Source of the DNA: an uncultured Nitrososphaerota archaeon
GTDB lineage: Archaea; Korarchaeota; Korarchaeia; Korarchaeales; Korarchaeaceae
Direction of reading: 5' to 3'
DNA: 54,835 nucleotides
Assembly: GCA_964618805.1 (NCBI GenBank)
Contig: CAZUBM010000013.1
Coordinates: 1 to 54,835, forward strand
Position 1 is the first letter of the stretch; every line of letters begins with the position of its first letter. Both the position numbers and the translations under genes were made by a program. The notes under the pieces were generated by a model. The model ran no database searches. It saw only the letters and a list, made by a program, of their open reading frames with translations, and was not told the origin of the DNA. Of this stretch, positions 10,326-19,832 are shown in pieces.

Positions 10326-10521
10326 ATTTAACCCCTTAGATGCCACTGCCTGAATCTGGAATTTTCTAATTAGCATTCTGCTTTTATCTTTACCCTGGAT
10401 CGTTTTATGAGTGTAAAGTACCATAGATCATACCTTAACAAATCAATATAACATCAAATGAACCTCTGTATTATCTAAACATTATATTTAGTAAAGACTT
10501 CACGGTATAGAAGGGATAGGC

Positions 10522-11187
10522 ATGAAAGTAGAACTTTCAGCTTCTATCCTCTCAGCTGACTTCTCTAAATTAGGCGAAGAGGTGAAAAAAGTAGAGAAAG
10601 CCGGAGTGGACAGAATTCATTTCGATATAATGGATGGAAACTTTGTTCCAAACCTTAGCATGGGAGTACCTATCATAAAGTCTTTGAGAAGAGTTTCATC
10701 CATCCCATTTGATGTGCATCTTATGGTACTTTCTCCAGAGAGGTTTGCGAAGATTTTCGCTAATGCTGGAGCAGACCTTATTTATTTCCATGTGGAGTCA
10801 TGCAAAAGACCTCTTCAACTCATTTCTGATTTGAAGAGCGCTGACAAAGGCGTAGGTGTAGCCCTTAACCCCTCAACTCCGTTAGATGCAATAAGTTATC
10901 TGATAGATTATGTAGATGAAATCCTAATTATGACCGTTGAACCTGGATTTGGGGGACAGAAATTCATTAGAGGAATGCTTAGGAAAATCCACGAGCTAAG
11001 GGAGAGGATTGATGAGAGGGGGCTTTCGATTAAAATTGCTGTGGATGGTGGAATTAATAGGAGCACAGCTCCTCTAGCCATTAGCTCAGGAGCATCTGTT
11101 CTAATTTGTGGTTCTGCTATTTTTTGTGAAAAAGACATTTTTATGGCTGTAAAACAACTTAAGAACTCCTTCGTGCAAAAAATATAA
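10522..11187 (+). CDS. rpe: Ribulose-phosphate 3-epimerase (Rpe/SgcE family)
   Basis: SILSADF, HFDIMDGNFVPN, DVHLM, MTVEPGFGGQ, VDGGIN. Confidence 0.95.
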   Translation: MKVELSASILSADFSKLGEEVKKVEKAGVDRIHFDIMDGNFVPNLSMGVPIIKSLRRVSSIPFDVHLMVLSPERFAKIFANAGADLIYFHVESCKRPLQLISDLKSADKGVGVALNPSTPLDAISYLIDYVDEILIMTVEPGFGGQKFIRGMLRKIHELRERIDERGLSIKIAVDGGINRSTAPLAISSGASVLICGSAIFCEKDIFMAVKQLKNSFVQKI

Positions 11188-11221
11188 AACAAAGTCCCTT
11201 CAGCTATTTTAGGGAGATACC

Positions 11222-12250
11222 TTGGCGAAGATTGAGCAAGAAATTGAGGAAATACGCAAGGTAGAACCTATTGAACTCGAAAGATTGAGATTAGATGAGA
11301 ACAAGCTGATCAGGATGCTAAGGAAGATGATGGAGATAAGAGCATTTGAAGAAAAAGTTGAGCACTTATACATATATGAGGCAGCCTTACAAGGAGCAGC
11401 CCATCTTTACTTTGGAGAGGAAGCGATAGCGGTAGGAGTATGCTCTGCTATAGGAAATGAAGGATACATATTCAGTACACATAGAGGTCATGGGCATGCT
11501 CTTGCGATAGGAATTCCTGCGAAGGAAGTAATGGCAGAATTATTTGGAAAAGTCACAGGAGTTTGTAAGGGTCTTGGAGGCTCAATGCATGTTTGTATAG
11601 ACCCTGAGAAGAAGGCTATGTGGGCTTCTGCGATAGTTGGAAGCAGCGTCCCTATAGCCGTGGGTGCTGGGTTAGCCATCAAATACATGGGTAAAAACGA
11701 AGTTTCAGTAGCCCTCTTTAGCGATGGAGCTACAAATACTGGTGCTTGGCATGAATCCATGAACCTTGCCTCATTCTGGAAATTACCTGTGATATTTGCT
11801 TGCGAAAATAACCAGTATGCCATCTCAATGCCAGCTAGAAAATCGGTAACCTGCGGCAGAGTGGCATATAGAGCAATCAGTTATGGGATTCCAGGAATGA
11901 TAGTTGACGGAAATGATGTTCTCTCTGTGTATAAGGCAACTTTAAAGGCTAAGAATAGAGCAAAGAAGGGCGAAGGCCCCACTTTAATAGAGTTCATTAC
12001 CTACAGAATGAAAGGCCACGGCGTTTACGATAAGGCGGAATATAGACCAAAAGAAGAATCAAGAAAATGGAAAGAATTTGATCCAATATTAAGGTTTTCC
12101 AAGTACCTGATAAAGTTAGGAACTACCACAGAAGAAGATATCAAGAAAATGAAAGAAGAGATCAGAGCAGAGATAGATGATGCTGTTGAATTCTCCAAAA
12201 GAAGCGATTATCCTCCTTTTGAGTTGCTTGAAGAGGTGACATACAAATGA
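11222..12250 (+). CDS. TPP-dependent acetoin/2-oxoacid dehydrogenase E1 alpha
   Basis: HLYFGEEA, STHRGHGH, GGSMH, TPP motif SDGA...ENN, TYRMKGH. Confidence 0.9.
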   Translation: MAKIEQEIEEIRKVEPIELERLRLDENKLIRMLRKMMEIRAFEEKVEHLYIYEAALQGAAHLYFGEEAIAVGVCSAIGNEGYIFSTHRGHGHALAIGIPAKEVMAELFGKVTGVCKGLGGSMHVCIDPEKKAMWASAIVGSSVPIAVGAGLAIKYMGKNEVSVALFSDGATNTGAWHESMNLASFWKLPVIFACENNQYAISMPARKSVTCGRVAYRAISYGIPGMIVDGNDVLSVYKATLKAKNRAKKGEGPTLIEFITYRMKGHGVYDKAEYRPKEESRKWKEFDPILRFSKYLIKLGTTTEEDIKKMKEEIRAEIDDAVEFSKRSDYPPFELLEEVTYK

Positions 12251-13218
12251 GAGAAATAACATATGCTGAAGCCATAAGAGAGGCCCTTAGGCAAGAAATG
12301 CACAGAGATTCTAGAGTATTTATCCTAGGAGAGGATATAGGGGCTTATGGAGGTGCTTTTAAGGTCACTAAAGGAATGTTAGAAGAATTTGGGCCAGAAA
12401 GGGTGAGAGATACTCCAATTTCAGAAGCAGCGATAGTTGGAGCTGCGATAGGAGCTGCTCTATTAGGTTTAAGGCCAATAGCCGAGATCATGTATATGGA
12501 CTTCCTTCCAATAGGAACTGAGCAATTGGTAGTACAAGCAGCTAATATGACATTAACTTCCGGTGGTAAGTTAAAGGTTCCTATCGTTGTAAGAACCCAA
12601 TATAGTCTAGGAAGGGCTCACGCATCCCAGCATTCTGAGTTTTACCCAGTATGGTACATGAATGTACCAGGTCTAAAGGTGGCCCTACCTTCAACTCCCT
12701 ATGATGCCAAAGGGATGTTGATAAGTGCTATAAGAGATGAGAACCCTGTTCTATTCATAGAGTCTGCCCTTCTATATAGAATAAAAGGACCTGTCCCAGA
12801 GGAACCCTATGAAGTACCCTTAGGGACTGCTGACATCAAAAAAGAGGGAGACGATGTAACAATAGTAGCAGTCTCTAGAATGGTAATAGAAGCCCTCAAA
12901 GCAGCAGAAGAACTTCAGAAGGAAGGAATAAGTGTTGAAGTTGTTGATCCTAGAACATTAAATCCTCTTGACAGGGATACAATAGTTAATTCGGTTAAGA
13001 AAACTGGAAGAGCTGTAGTAGCTGCTGATGATCACAAAACTGGAGGAGTTACAGCAGAACTTGTAGCAACCATAGTAGAAGGGGCTTTTGATTATTTAGA
13101 TGCACCTATTAAGAGAATAGCATCTCCAGATATTCCTATACCATTTTCTCCTCCATTAGAAAGGAAATACATGAAGTGGAGCAAGGACATAGTAGAAGCT
13201 GTCAAAGAAATAACGTAA
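12247..13218 (+). CDS. TPP-dependent dehydrogenase E1 beta
   Basis: GEDIGAYGG, DTPISEAAIVG, AEIMYMDF, SQHS, DPRTLNPLD. Confidence 0.92.
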   Translation: MREITYAEAIREALRQEMHRDSRVFILGEDIGAYGGAFKVTKGMLEEFGPERVRDTPISEAAIVGAAIGAALLGLRPIAEIMYMDFLPIGTEQLVVQAANMTLTSGGKLKVPIVVRTQYSLGRAHASQHSEFYPVWYMNVPGLKVALPSTPYDAKGMLISAIRDENPVLFIESALLYRIKGPVPEEPYEVPLGTADIKKEGDDVTIVAVSRMVIEALKAAEELQKEGISVEVVDPRTLNPLDRDTIVNSVKKTGRAVVAADDHKTGGVTAELVATIVEGAFDYLDAPIKRIASPDIPIPFSPPLERKYMKWSKDIVEAVKEIT

Positions 13219-13230
13219 GGGTGATTATAA

Positions 13231-14328
13231 TTGAGAAAGGTTATCCTTCCAAGAATAGATCCGGGAATGGAGTCAGGAAAAATTGTTGAATGGCTGAAGA
13301 AAGAAGGAGAAGAAGTAAAAGAAGGCGAAGCTTTAGTTAGAGTTGAGGGAGAAAAGACAATATTTACTGTAGAGGCACCAGAAAGCGGCATATTAGGAAG
13401 AATACTAGCGAGAGAAGGAGAAGAAGTCCCTGTTACAGAACCCATAGCAATAATAACCTCTCCTGGGGAAGAAATAACCGAAGAGGTTATTCCAAAGGAG
13501 AGGATAAGAGCTTCTCCTGCAGCTAAGAGATTGGCGGAAAAATATGGGGTAGATCTCTCGAGAATAAAGGGAACAGGTCCTGGTGGAAGGATTATAAAAG
13601 AAGATATGCTTAGGGCTATTGAAGAGATCAAAGAGAAGAAAGCGGAGATTAAGATAAGAAAAATTATCAAAATAGAAGGAATGAGAAGAACTATAGCAAG
13701 AAGACTTTCAGAAAGTCACAGAACCATTCCTGCCGTGGCAATAGTAATGGAAGTTGATATGAGTAAAGCTCTTGACCTGAAGAGAAAGTTGAAAGAAAAA
13801 CATCAGAACGTTTCTATAACTGCTATAATTGTTAAGGCAACTGCGAAAGCATTAGAGCAAGACCTAATGTTTAACTCATCTGTAAAAGAGGATAAGATAG
13901 TAGTGTATGATGAAATAAACATTGGAGTAGCAGTAAGCCTGCCAGACGGTCTGGTTGTGCCTGTGATTAGAAATGCTAATAAGAAAACACTAATGGAGAT
14001 AAGCAGAGAAATTGAGACTCTTTCGAATAAAGCCAGAAAAGAGGGATTATCGCCTGAAGATGTAGCAGGAGGAACTTTCACAGTATCTAATCTTGGAACT
14101 AAAGATGTTGAGTTTTTCACTCCAATAATAAATCCTCCGCAGGCAGCCATACTTGGAGTAGGAACTATCTCAAGTAAGCCCATATCAATTGAAGGAAAAG
14201 TGGAGATAAGACCTATGATGTACATTTCCCTAGTCTTTGATCATAGAGTTGCAGATGGAGTTCCAGCCTCAGAATTTCTTAGAAAAATAAAGAAGAACCT
14301 AGAGAACCCACAAATCCTATTAGAGTAA
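13231..14328 (+). CDS. Dihydrolipoamide acyltransferase E2
   Basis: Lipoyl domain (VEGEKT), subunit-binding domain RASPAAKRLA..GTGPGGRI, catalytic DHRVADG. Confidence 0.92.
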   Translation: MRKVILPRIDPGMESGKIVEWLKKEGEEVKEGEALVRVEGEKTIFTVEAPESGILGRILAREGEEVPVTEPIAIITSPGEEITEEVIPKERIRASPAAKRLAEKYGVDLSRIKGTGPGGRIIKEDMLRAIEEIKEKKAEIKIRKIIKIEGMRRTIARRLSESHRTIPAVAIVMEVDMSKALDLKRKLKEKHQNVSITAIIVKATAKALEQDLMFNSSVKEDKIVVYDEINIGVAVSLPDGLVVPVIRNANKKTLMEISREIETLSNKARKEGLSPEDVAGGTFTVSNLGTKDVEFFTPIINPPQAAILGVGTISSKPISIEGKVEIRPMMYISLVFDHRVADGVPASEFLRKIKKNLENPQILLE

Positions 14329-14329
14329 A

Positions 14330-14749
14330 TTAACCTGTAAGAGAGATATGAAATCTCTTGGTTAATGGTATCCTTATTCCAGGGAGGAAGAAGAGCTTAG
14401 CCTCATAATACGCTCTAAGTATAAGATCCATATCATGAACCGGTTTTATGTCTAAGATTACACTTTGATTCCTAGAACTTCGTGCTTTAACAAATCCAAA
14501 AACGATTATGAAGTTTCCTAGGTTTTCTCCAGAATCTGAAGAGTATATACTTATCCTAGCTGAAACATAGAGGGGATAGAAACCATTGTTTTTGAACGAA
14601 AAAGTAAAATTAACCCCTCTCGCATCTTGATGAACTTCTCTTGCTTCTACTATCTGAAGATTTGAGTGCGCACTATATACAGAGGAAATCCAGATTATGA
14701 CTAAAAAAAGGATAGCTAAGAAAAAGAAAGCCTTCTTTGGAATTCTCAT
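14330..14749 (-). CDS. Hypothetical membrane-anchored protein, downstream of EIIC
   Basis: N-terminal TM followed by a beta-rich domain; 40 bp after the EIIC stop. Confidence 0.6.
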   Translation of the reverse strand: MRIPKKAFFFLAILFLVIIWISSVYSAHSNLQIVEAREVHQDARGVNFTFSFKNNGFYPLYVSARISIYSSDSGENLGNFIIVFGFVKARSSRNQSVILDIKPVHDMDLILRAYYEAKLFFLPGIRIPLTKRFHISLTG

Positions 14750-14789
14750 AATGTTTCTCCCCTAAAAAAAGAAAGAAAAGGGGGTTTTC

Positions 14790-16067
14790 TTACTTCTTAC
14801 CGAAGAGATAGTAGAAGGGAAGGAAGAGAACAAATGTTAAGGGATTCGTCCCGTCACAGATGCTTGAAATGTAAGTAGCGCCTTTGGCGGCTTCTGGTAT
14901 GGTGAAACCTGCGGCAACTGCTGCATCAGTGAAATATGGGGCTAAGAAACCTCCTATGTACATAGCCGGAATCAAAACAATCGCTCCTATTATGAAGGCA
15001 TGAACCACGTTACCTCTTACGATGGGGACGAGCATGCAGACCATGAATGGAAGGACTGCAAGATCTGCTAGTGGAAGGAACCTGTTTCCAGGTAAGATGA
15101 ATGCCCAAAGGAGGGTTACTGGTACTAACAAAAGAGCGGCAGCTATGGCCGTTGGGTGTCCTATAGCTATGGCAGAATCAAGGCCTATATACATCTCTCT
15201 GCCACCGTATCTTTCCTCCAAGATCTTCTTTCCTGCCTCGGATATTGGTACCAACCCTTCCATAAGTATAGCAACTACTTTTGGCATTAAGTACATTACG
15301 GCAGCTAAGGTAACCCCTGTCTTTAGAATTCCAGCTAAATCACTTCCTGCTGCTATAGCAAGCGCTAGACCTATGATTAAACCTAAAACCATGGGCTCCC
15401 CTAAGACACCGAACTTTTCTCTTATAGCCTCAGGATCAGCTTTTAAGTCTCTTAAAGCAGGTATAGCATCAATTACTTTCTTTATTGGGATTCCTATTGG
15501 AACATAAGCTGCAGAGAATCCATGAGGAAGGGATATTCCAGGAATGTTAAGCATTTCTTGCACTCCTTTTGCTGTCCAATCTCCAAGTTTGAATACTATG
15601 ATAGAATTAATTATGGCAGCGATAACACCTAAAGGAACACTACCTGTAGCCATTGTGACAAGGGATCCCGTAAAGGCGAAATGCCAATAATTCCAGAAAT
15701 CGATGTCAAGTGTCTTAGTTAGCTTCAGTGCTAGCATTATTATATTAACTATAAAACAGACTGGTATTGTTAATCCACCGACAATTGTCCCAAAAGCAAT
15801 AGCGGCAGCAGAGGGCCAGCCCACATCTATAACCGTGAGTTCGATTCCAGTTCTTTTAACCATTGCCTGAGCTACATCCGTCATCGTTCCCCAGAGCAGC
15901 CCTATAACTAGATTAATGCCCACAAAGCCGCATGCTATCGTCAAAGCAGCCCTAAAAGCTCTTCCCTTTGGGACTTTGAATGCAAGTGCGACGAAGAAGA
16001 GGATTATAGGTATAACAACAGTGGCTCCGAGGTTGAGGAACCATTGAATTGCTTCTACTATTCCCAT
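14790..16067 (-). CDS. PTS EIIC, galactitol (GatC/SgcC) family
   Basis: IDVGWP, TLDIDFWNYWH, IGLDSA, LPGNRFLPLADL; multi-TM; start after GGTGA. Confidence 0.93.
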   Translation of the reverse strand: MGIVEAIQWFLNLGATVVIPIILFFVALAFKVPKGRAFRAALTIACGFVGINLVIGLLWGTMTDVAQAMVKRTGIELTVIDVGWPSAAAIAFGTIVGGLTIPVCFIVNIIMLALKLTKTLDIDFWNYWHFAFTGSLVTMATGSVPLGVIAAIINSIIVFKLGDWTAKGVQEMLNIPGISLPHGFSAAYVPIGIPIKKVIDAIPALRDLKADPEAIREKFGVLGEPMVLGLIIGLALAIAAGSDLAGILKTGVTLAAVMYLMPKVVAILMEGLVPISEAGKKILEERYGGREMYIGLDSAIAIGHPTAIAAALLLVPVTLLWAFILPGNRFLPLADLAVLPFMVCMLVPIVRGNVVHAFIIGAIVLIPAMYIGGFLAPYFTDAAVAAGFTIPEAAKGATYISSICDGTNPLTFVLFLPFYYLFGKK

Positions 16068-16223
16068 ATATTTCACCTATAACAAGTGACTAGTTAACTT
16101 TAGGACTTCGTCTTTTTCTTAATAAAGCTTAGCTATTTTTCAACCAAAAAATATCGTAGAACTCTTGTCAGCCACTTCAAGCTCTACCTAAAGAAAGTTT
16201 GATCCACCACCGAATCAAAAAAG

Positions 16224-16538
16224 TCACTTCTTAACTCCAGTAATCTCGAGTATCTTATCTATAGTCTCTTTCTCTCCAATTCCTGTTAAGAATGGAACTC
16301 CATTCACTACTGGTACTCCCTTGGCAGCTCCTTCAGAGACAGGAGTAGTAGCCACGATTACATGAGGCTGAAATACTATTACTTTACCTGAAACTTCAGA
16401 TGCTTTACACTGAACGACGGTTAGGGGGACACCTAATTTCTTAAAGACCTCTTTGAGTTTGGTTGCCACAACCGTAGCGGTTGCAATAGCAGTACCACAA
16501 GCAACCAAAATCCTAATCGATTCTACAGCGCGAGCCAT
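16224..16538 (-). CDS. PTS EIIB, galactitol (GatB/SgcB) family
   Basis: ILVACGTAIATAT phospho-Cys loop; GVPFLTGIG. Confidence 0.9.
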   Translation of the reverse strand: MARAVESIRILVACGTAIATATVVATKLKEVFKKLGVPLTVVQCKASEVSGKVIVFQPHVIVATTPVSEGAAKGVPVVNGVPFLTGIGEKETIDKILEITGVKK

Positions 16539-16846
16539 AAGAATTCACCTTCCTCATTGGACTCTTAAAACATGTCGGTTAAACATAAAATAATTGCCTT
16601 ACAAAAGCAAAATATGATATTGCATGACTAACAAAACTCCTCGTCCATAAATATAACGAACTAATCTTCCTACTAAAATGATATGATGCAGCCCTTAGTT
16701 TCTGAGAAAGATAAAAAGATTGCCTTATTAAAAATCCTAATGGCAATAAATCGTTCAAGAAAGGATCACCTTTTCCTTGAGTTTATCATAACGCAATTTT
16801 GGCTTAATCCAAATCTATAAATCTTAGAAAGTAAGAAAGAAGAGAT

Positions 16847-17290
16847 ATGTCAGAACTTCCAGAGAATTTAAAATTTAAGATAGAAGCTAGATGGGATAAG
16901 AAAACTGGAGCTAATATTAGATTTGAGAGCGATAGATCTCTAATAATAGATACTCCTACTGAATTTGGTGGACGTGGAACAGCTTTATGCCCCGATGAGC
17001 TCTTCTTAACTTCTATAGCTGGATGTGTTCTCACAACATTTCTTTGGTTCACAAGAAAGAGAGGAGTTAAGATAAATGATATGCGGCTAGATGCTGAGTC
17101 TGAAATAGAATTAATTAAAGGAGCATATTCATTTAAGGCGATAAGGATTACAATTGAGATATCTGCTCCAGAGGAATATGCTGATAAGGCCAAAACGTGT
17201 TTAGATCTAGCAATTAGGTATTGTCACATATCTAGAGGCATCGAGCATTGTATTCCGATAGATGTAACTGGTAAGGTGATAGTTAGCTAG
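16847..17290 (+). CDS. OsmC/Ohr family protein
   Basis: DTPTEFGG..CPDELFLTSIAGC and RYCHIS with the conserved Cys pair. Confidence 0.88.
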   Translation: MSELPENLKFKIEARWDKKTGANIRFESDRSLIIDTPTEFGGRGTALCPDELFLTSIAGCVLTTFLWFTRKRGVKINDMRLDAESEIELIKGAYSFKAIRITIEISAPEEYADKAKTCLDLAIRYCHISRGIEHCIPIDVTGKVIVS

Positions 17291-17647
17291 CTATTTTCCA
17301 GGAGGAACTGCTTTTGCTGGAATTACGCAAATAAATGTAAGATCTTCTTCTCCTTTCTGTCTAAAAGAGTGCTTAGTATTGGGAGGTATAAATATGAAGG
17401 TCCCTGGTTTAATTTCATACTCTTTCCCATCTAATGTAACAAGGCCGCTGCCTGATAATACAACAACCCCGTGTTCCCAATCATGCGAATCTGGAGGAGA
17501 GAGACCTCCTTTTTCTATCCTAAAGAGTCTAATGGCAAAATTTAAGGATCCATGCCTAGGCGATATCAACCACTTTCTGTATACTCCAATTGCATTGCTT
17601 ACAACCTCTTCTTCTACTTTATCGATGCTCCCTATGAAAGCTTTCAT
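17291..17647 (-). CDS. Cupin domain protein
   Basis: SHDWEH..VLSGSG and IFIPPNTKHSF motifs; first metal His appears to be Asp. Confidence 0.85.
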   Translation of the reverse strand: MKAFIGSIDKVEEEVVSNAIGVYRKWLISPRHGSLNFAIRLFRIEKGGLSPPDSHDWEHGVVVLSGSGLVTLDGKEYEIKPGTFIFIPPNTKHSFRQKGEEDLTFICVIPAKAVPPGK

Positions 17648-17791
17648 AGGATAATTTTTGGAGTATACATAAAGAAAAGTTTTGATAAAGGAGTAATTTT
17701 GTTTTAGATGCAGTACATTCTCAACCTGATCTCTATCTACCGTTCTTTAGAACCTTTATAAGAATGATGCAAGCGAAGTTCTAGAAATCAA

Positions 17792-18247
17792 ATGGATGAT
17801 ATGGAGATAATAGTGGTAATGAGCCTTGAAGCGGACAGTTCGAAAGAGATAATAAAAGAGTTAGGCTCAATTCTCTTGAAGAGAGGATTTGTTAAACCCA
17901 CCTTTATCTCAGCTACAATTGAACGTGAGAAGAGCGTACCTACAGGCCTCGAATTAATGGGCGGGACAAATGTTGCTTTACCTCACGCAGGAGTAGAACA
18001 TGTAATAAAACCAGCTTTAGCTATGGCAAAATTGAGAAAAGAAGTAAAATTTAGGAAAATGGACGATCCTGATACCGAGATTCCAGTAAAATTAGTCTTC
18101 ATGCCGGCTATCAAAGATCCTCACTCTTATATAATTACCCTTCAGAAACTAGTTGATGTTTTCAAAAATCCTGAGTTGATAAGAGAGATCATGGAAAGTG
18201 ACGATCCAGAAGAAATAAGGAAATTGCTAGCATCTCACTTGGCTTAA
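17792..18247 (+). CDS. PTS EIIA, Gat/Fru/Ntr fold
   Basis: IEREKSVPTGL, VALPHA (phospho-His), VKFRKM. Confidence 0.9.
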   Translation: MDDMEIIVVMSLEADSSKEIIKELGSILLKRGFVKPTFISATIEREKSVPTGLELMGGTNVALPHAGVEHVIKPALAMAKLRKEVKFRKMDDPDTEIPVKLVFMPAIKDPHSYIITLQKLVDVFKNPELIREIMESDDPEEIRKLLASHLA

Positions 18248-18681
18248 ATCTATGAAATTTTTCTTTTTATCGGGGGAGATTGCTGAGAACGATTTTACTT
18301 ATCTTTAAGATACTCACCTGAAGATTGGGTCTACAAGCTTATTGTGGACCTTTACGGGCCCTACAAATATTTGATCTCGGAATAAATATGTAAGACTTGA
18401 TAAAAACCCAAATAACCGTTATAATCGTTTATCATTAAGCGTAGGACTATATCAATCCCAATAGTGCCTTTAGGATCTTTCTATACTGTGAAAATAAAAT
18501 AGAACCTCTATGTATCCCGATTGCTAATGCCTGTTTAATTACCTATTATACTAAGGTACTTGCCATACTACCTTGTAAGAACATTTATTCCGGTAGAAGT
18601 CTTTCTCATTTTTAAGAAAGATGTTGATGTAAAATTCTCTAAAACTCTATAATACTCGCACTTACTTTAGATAGCATTTTA

Positions 18682-18712
18682 GTATAAGGCTTTTAAGGCC
18701 AAAGCCTTATAC
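18682..18712. repeat. Perfect 12-bp inverted repeat with 7-nt spacer
   Basis: GTATAAGGCTTT-TAAGGCC-AAAGCCTTATAC. Confidence 0.85.
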
Positions 18713-18759
18713 CAGTGTTAGAAGAGGCGTCCAACTAAAAATTAAGATCAAAGTTATGG

Positions 18760-19707
18760 TTAATATACTATATTTTCAAAACCAGAAGTCAAATGAACTA
18801 TCGATGGAAGGAGCGCTTTTGATCTTTTATCTATCTCCCTTCTGTCTAATACCGATATTCCTTTGAATTTTGTTGAGAAAGAGGCAGCAGCTGCTGCAAA
18901 GGCTGATGATACCCTTAGAGTTCTACCTTCGGCTATACAGATAGATAAGACGGCCAGGAAAATATCTCCAGCCCCTACATCGTCTACAACTTTATTAGAT
19001 TTGAACGCGGGCACATAAAGGATCTCACTTCTATCTGCTACGATAGCTCCTCTTTCTCCCATCGTTACAGAGACTATCAGGGCTCCAGCATCTAATAACA
19101 TTCTTATTCCTTCTTTTAGATCGGTTGTGCCAGTGGCTGCAATGCATTCTTCCCTGCTTAAGTGCAATATATCGCACAGGGAACTCGCTTTTAAGGCATC
19201 TTCACTCTTAGAAATTGAAATTTCACCTTTAGAGCTAAATTTTCTCACAAAACCTTGCAAATCAAGGGCAATCATCCCTTTTACCATTCCTCTAATTTCT
19301 CCAACAAGCCTTAAGCTTATTTCGCCTCCTACTGGGCCTAAAAAGACTAAATCATCTTCCATTAAATCTCTGGGAATATCGTGTACGTGTAAAGCAGGTG
19401 CTGATGCTGGCCTTGAGAAAATTCTCCTGGAACCAGATATTTCGATCCTGAATCTTGTGCTAGGTCCTTTAATTCTCTTCACATGAGAGATGTCAACCTT
19501 TAGCGAAGAAAGTCTTTGGAGGAAATTCATTGGCATGTCATCTCCGACAACAGATATGACTCTGGCCTTCCAATCCATTGAAATAGCGGCCACCGAACCA
19601 TAAGCAACTGAACCACCTAGCCTCTCCCTGAGCCTTCTACCTTCATAATATATCTCATCGATTACCAAATGACCTAGTCCGGAAAATCTTTTGTTTTTAA
19701 CCTTCAT
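18760..19707 (-). CDS. PfkB family carbohydrate kinase
   Basis: GHLVID, GGSVAY, VTMGERGA, DDVGAGDIF; start ATG after GGTGA. Confidence 0.9.
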   Translation of the reverse strand: MKVKNKRFSGLGHLVIDEIYYEGRRLRERLGGSVAYGSVAAISMDWKARVISVVGDDMPMNFLQRLSSLKVDISHVKRIKGPSTRFRIEISGSRRIFSRPASAPALHVHDIPRDLMEDDLVFLGPVGGEISLRLVGEIRGMVKGMIALDLQGFVRKFSSKGEISISKSEDALKASSLCDILHLSREECIAATGTTDLKEGIRMLLDAGALIVSVTMGERGAIVADRSEILYVPAFKSNKVVDDVGAGDIFLAVLSICIAEGRTLRVSSAFAAAAASFSTKFKGISVLDRREIDKRSKALLPSIVHLTSGFENIVY

Positions 19708-19832
19708 CAAATCACCTGACAATATTATCAAGGAAGCCAAAACACATAGATCCTCAGTTTACAAATGAAGGATTACTTATGAAAGAAGTTCTTTTATTAA
19801 GAAGGGAATAGCACGTTTGATAAAAATTACTC

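Noticed and set aside
13092-15507. Antisense ORFs such as 13092..13670, 13803..14225 and 15022..15507, and similar ones elsewhere
   Set aside because: Shadow ORFs opposite well-supported genes, with no motifs
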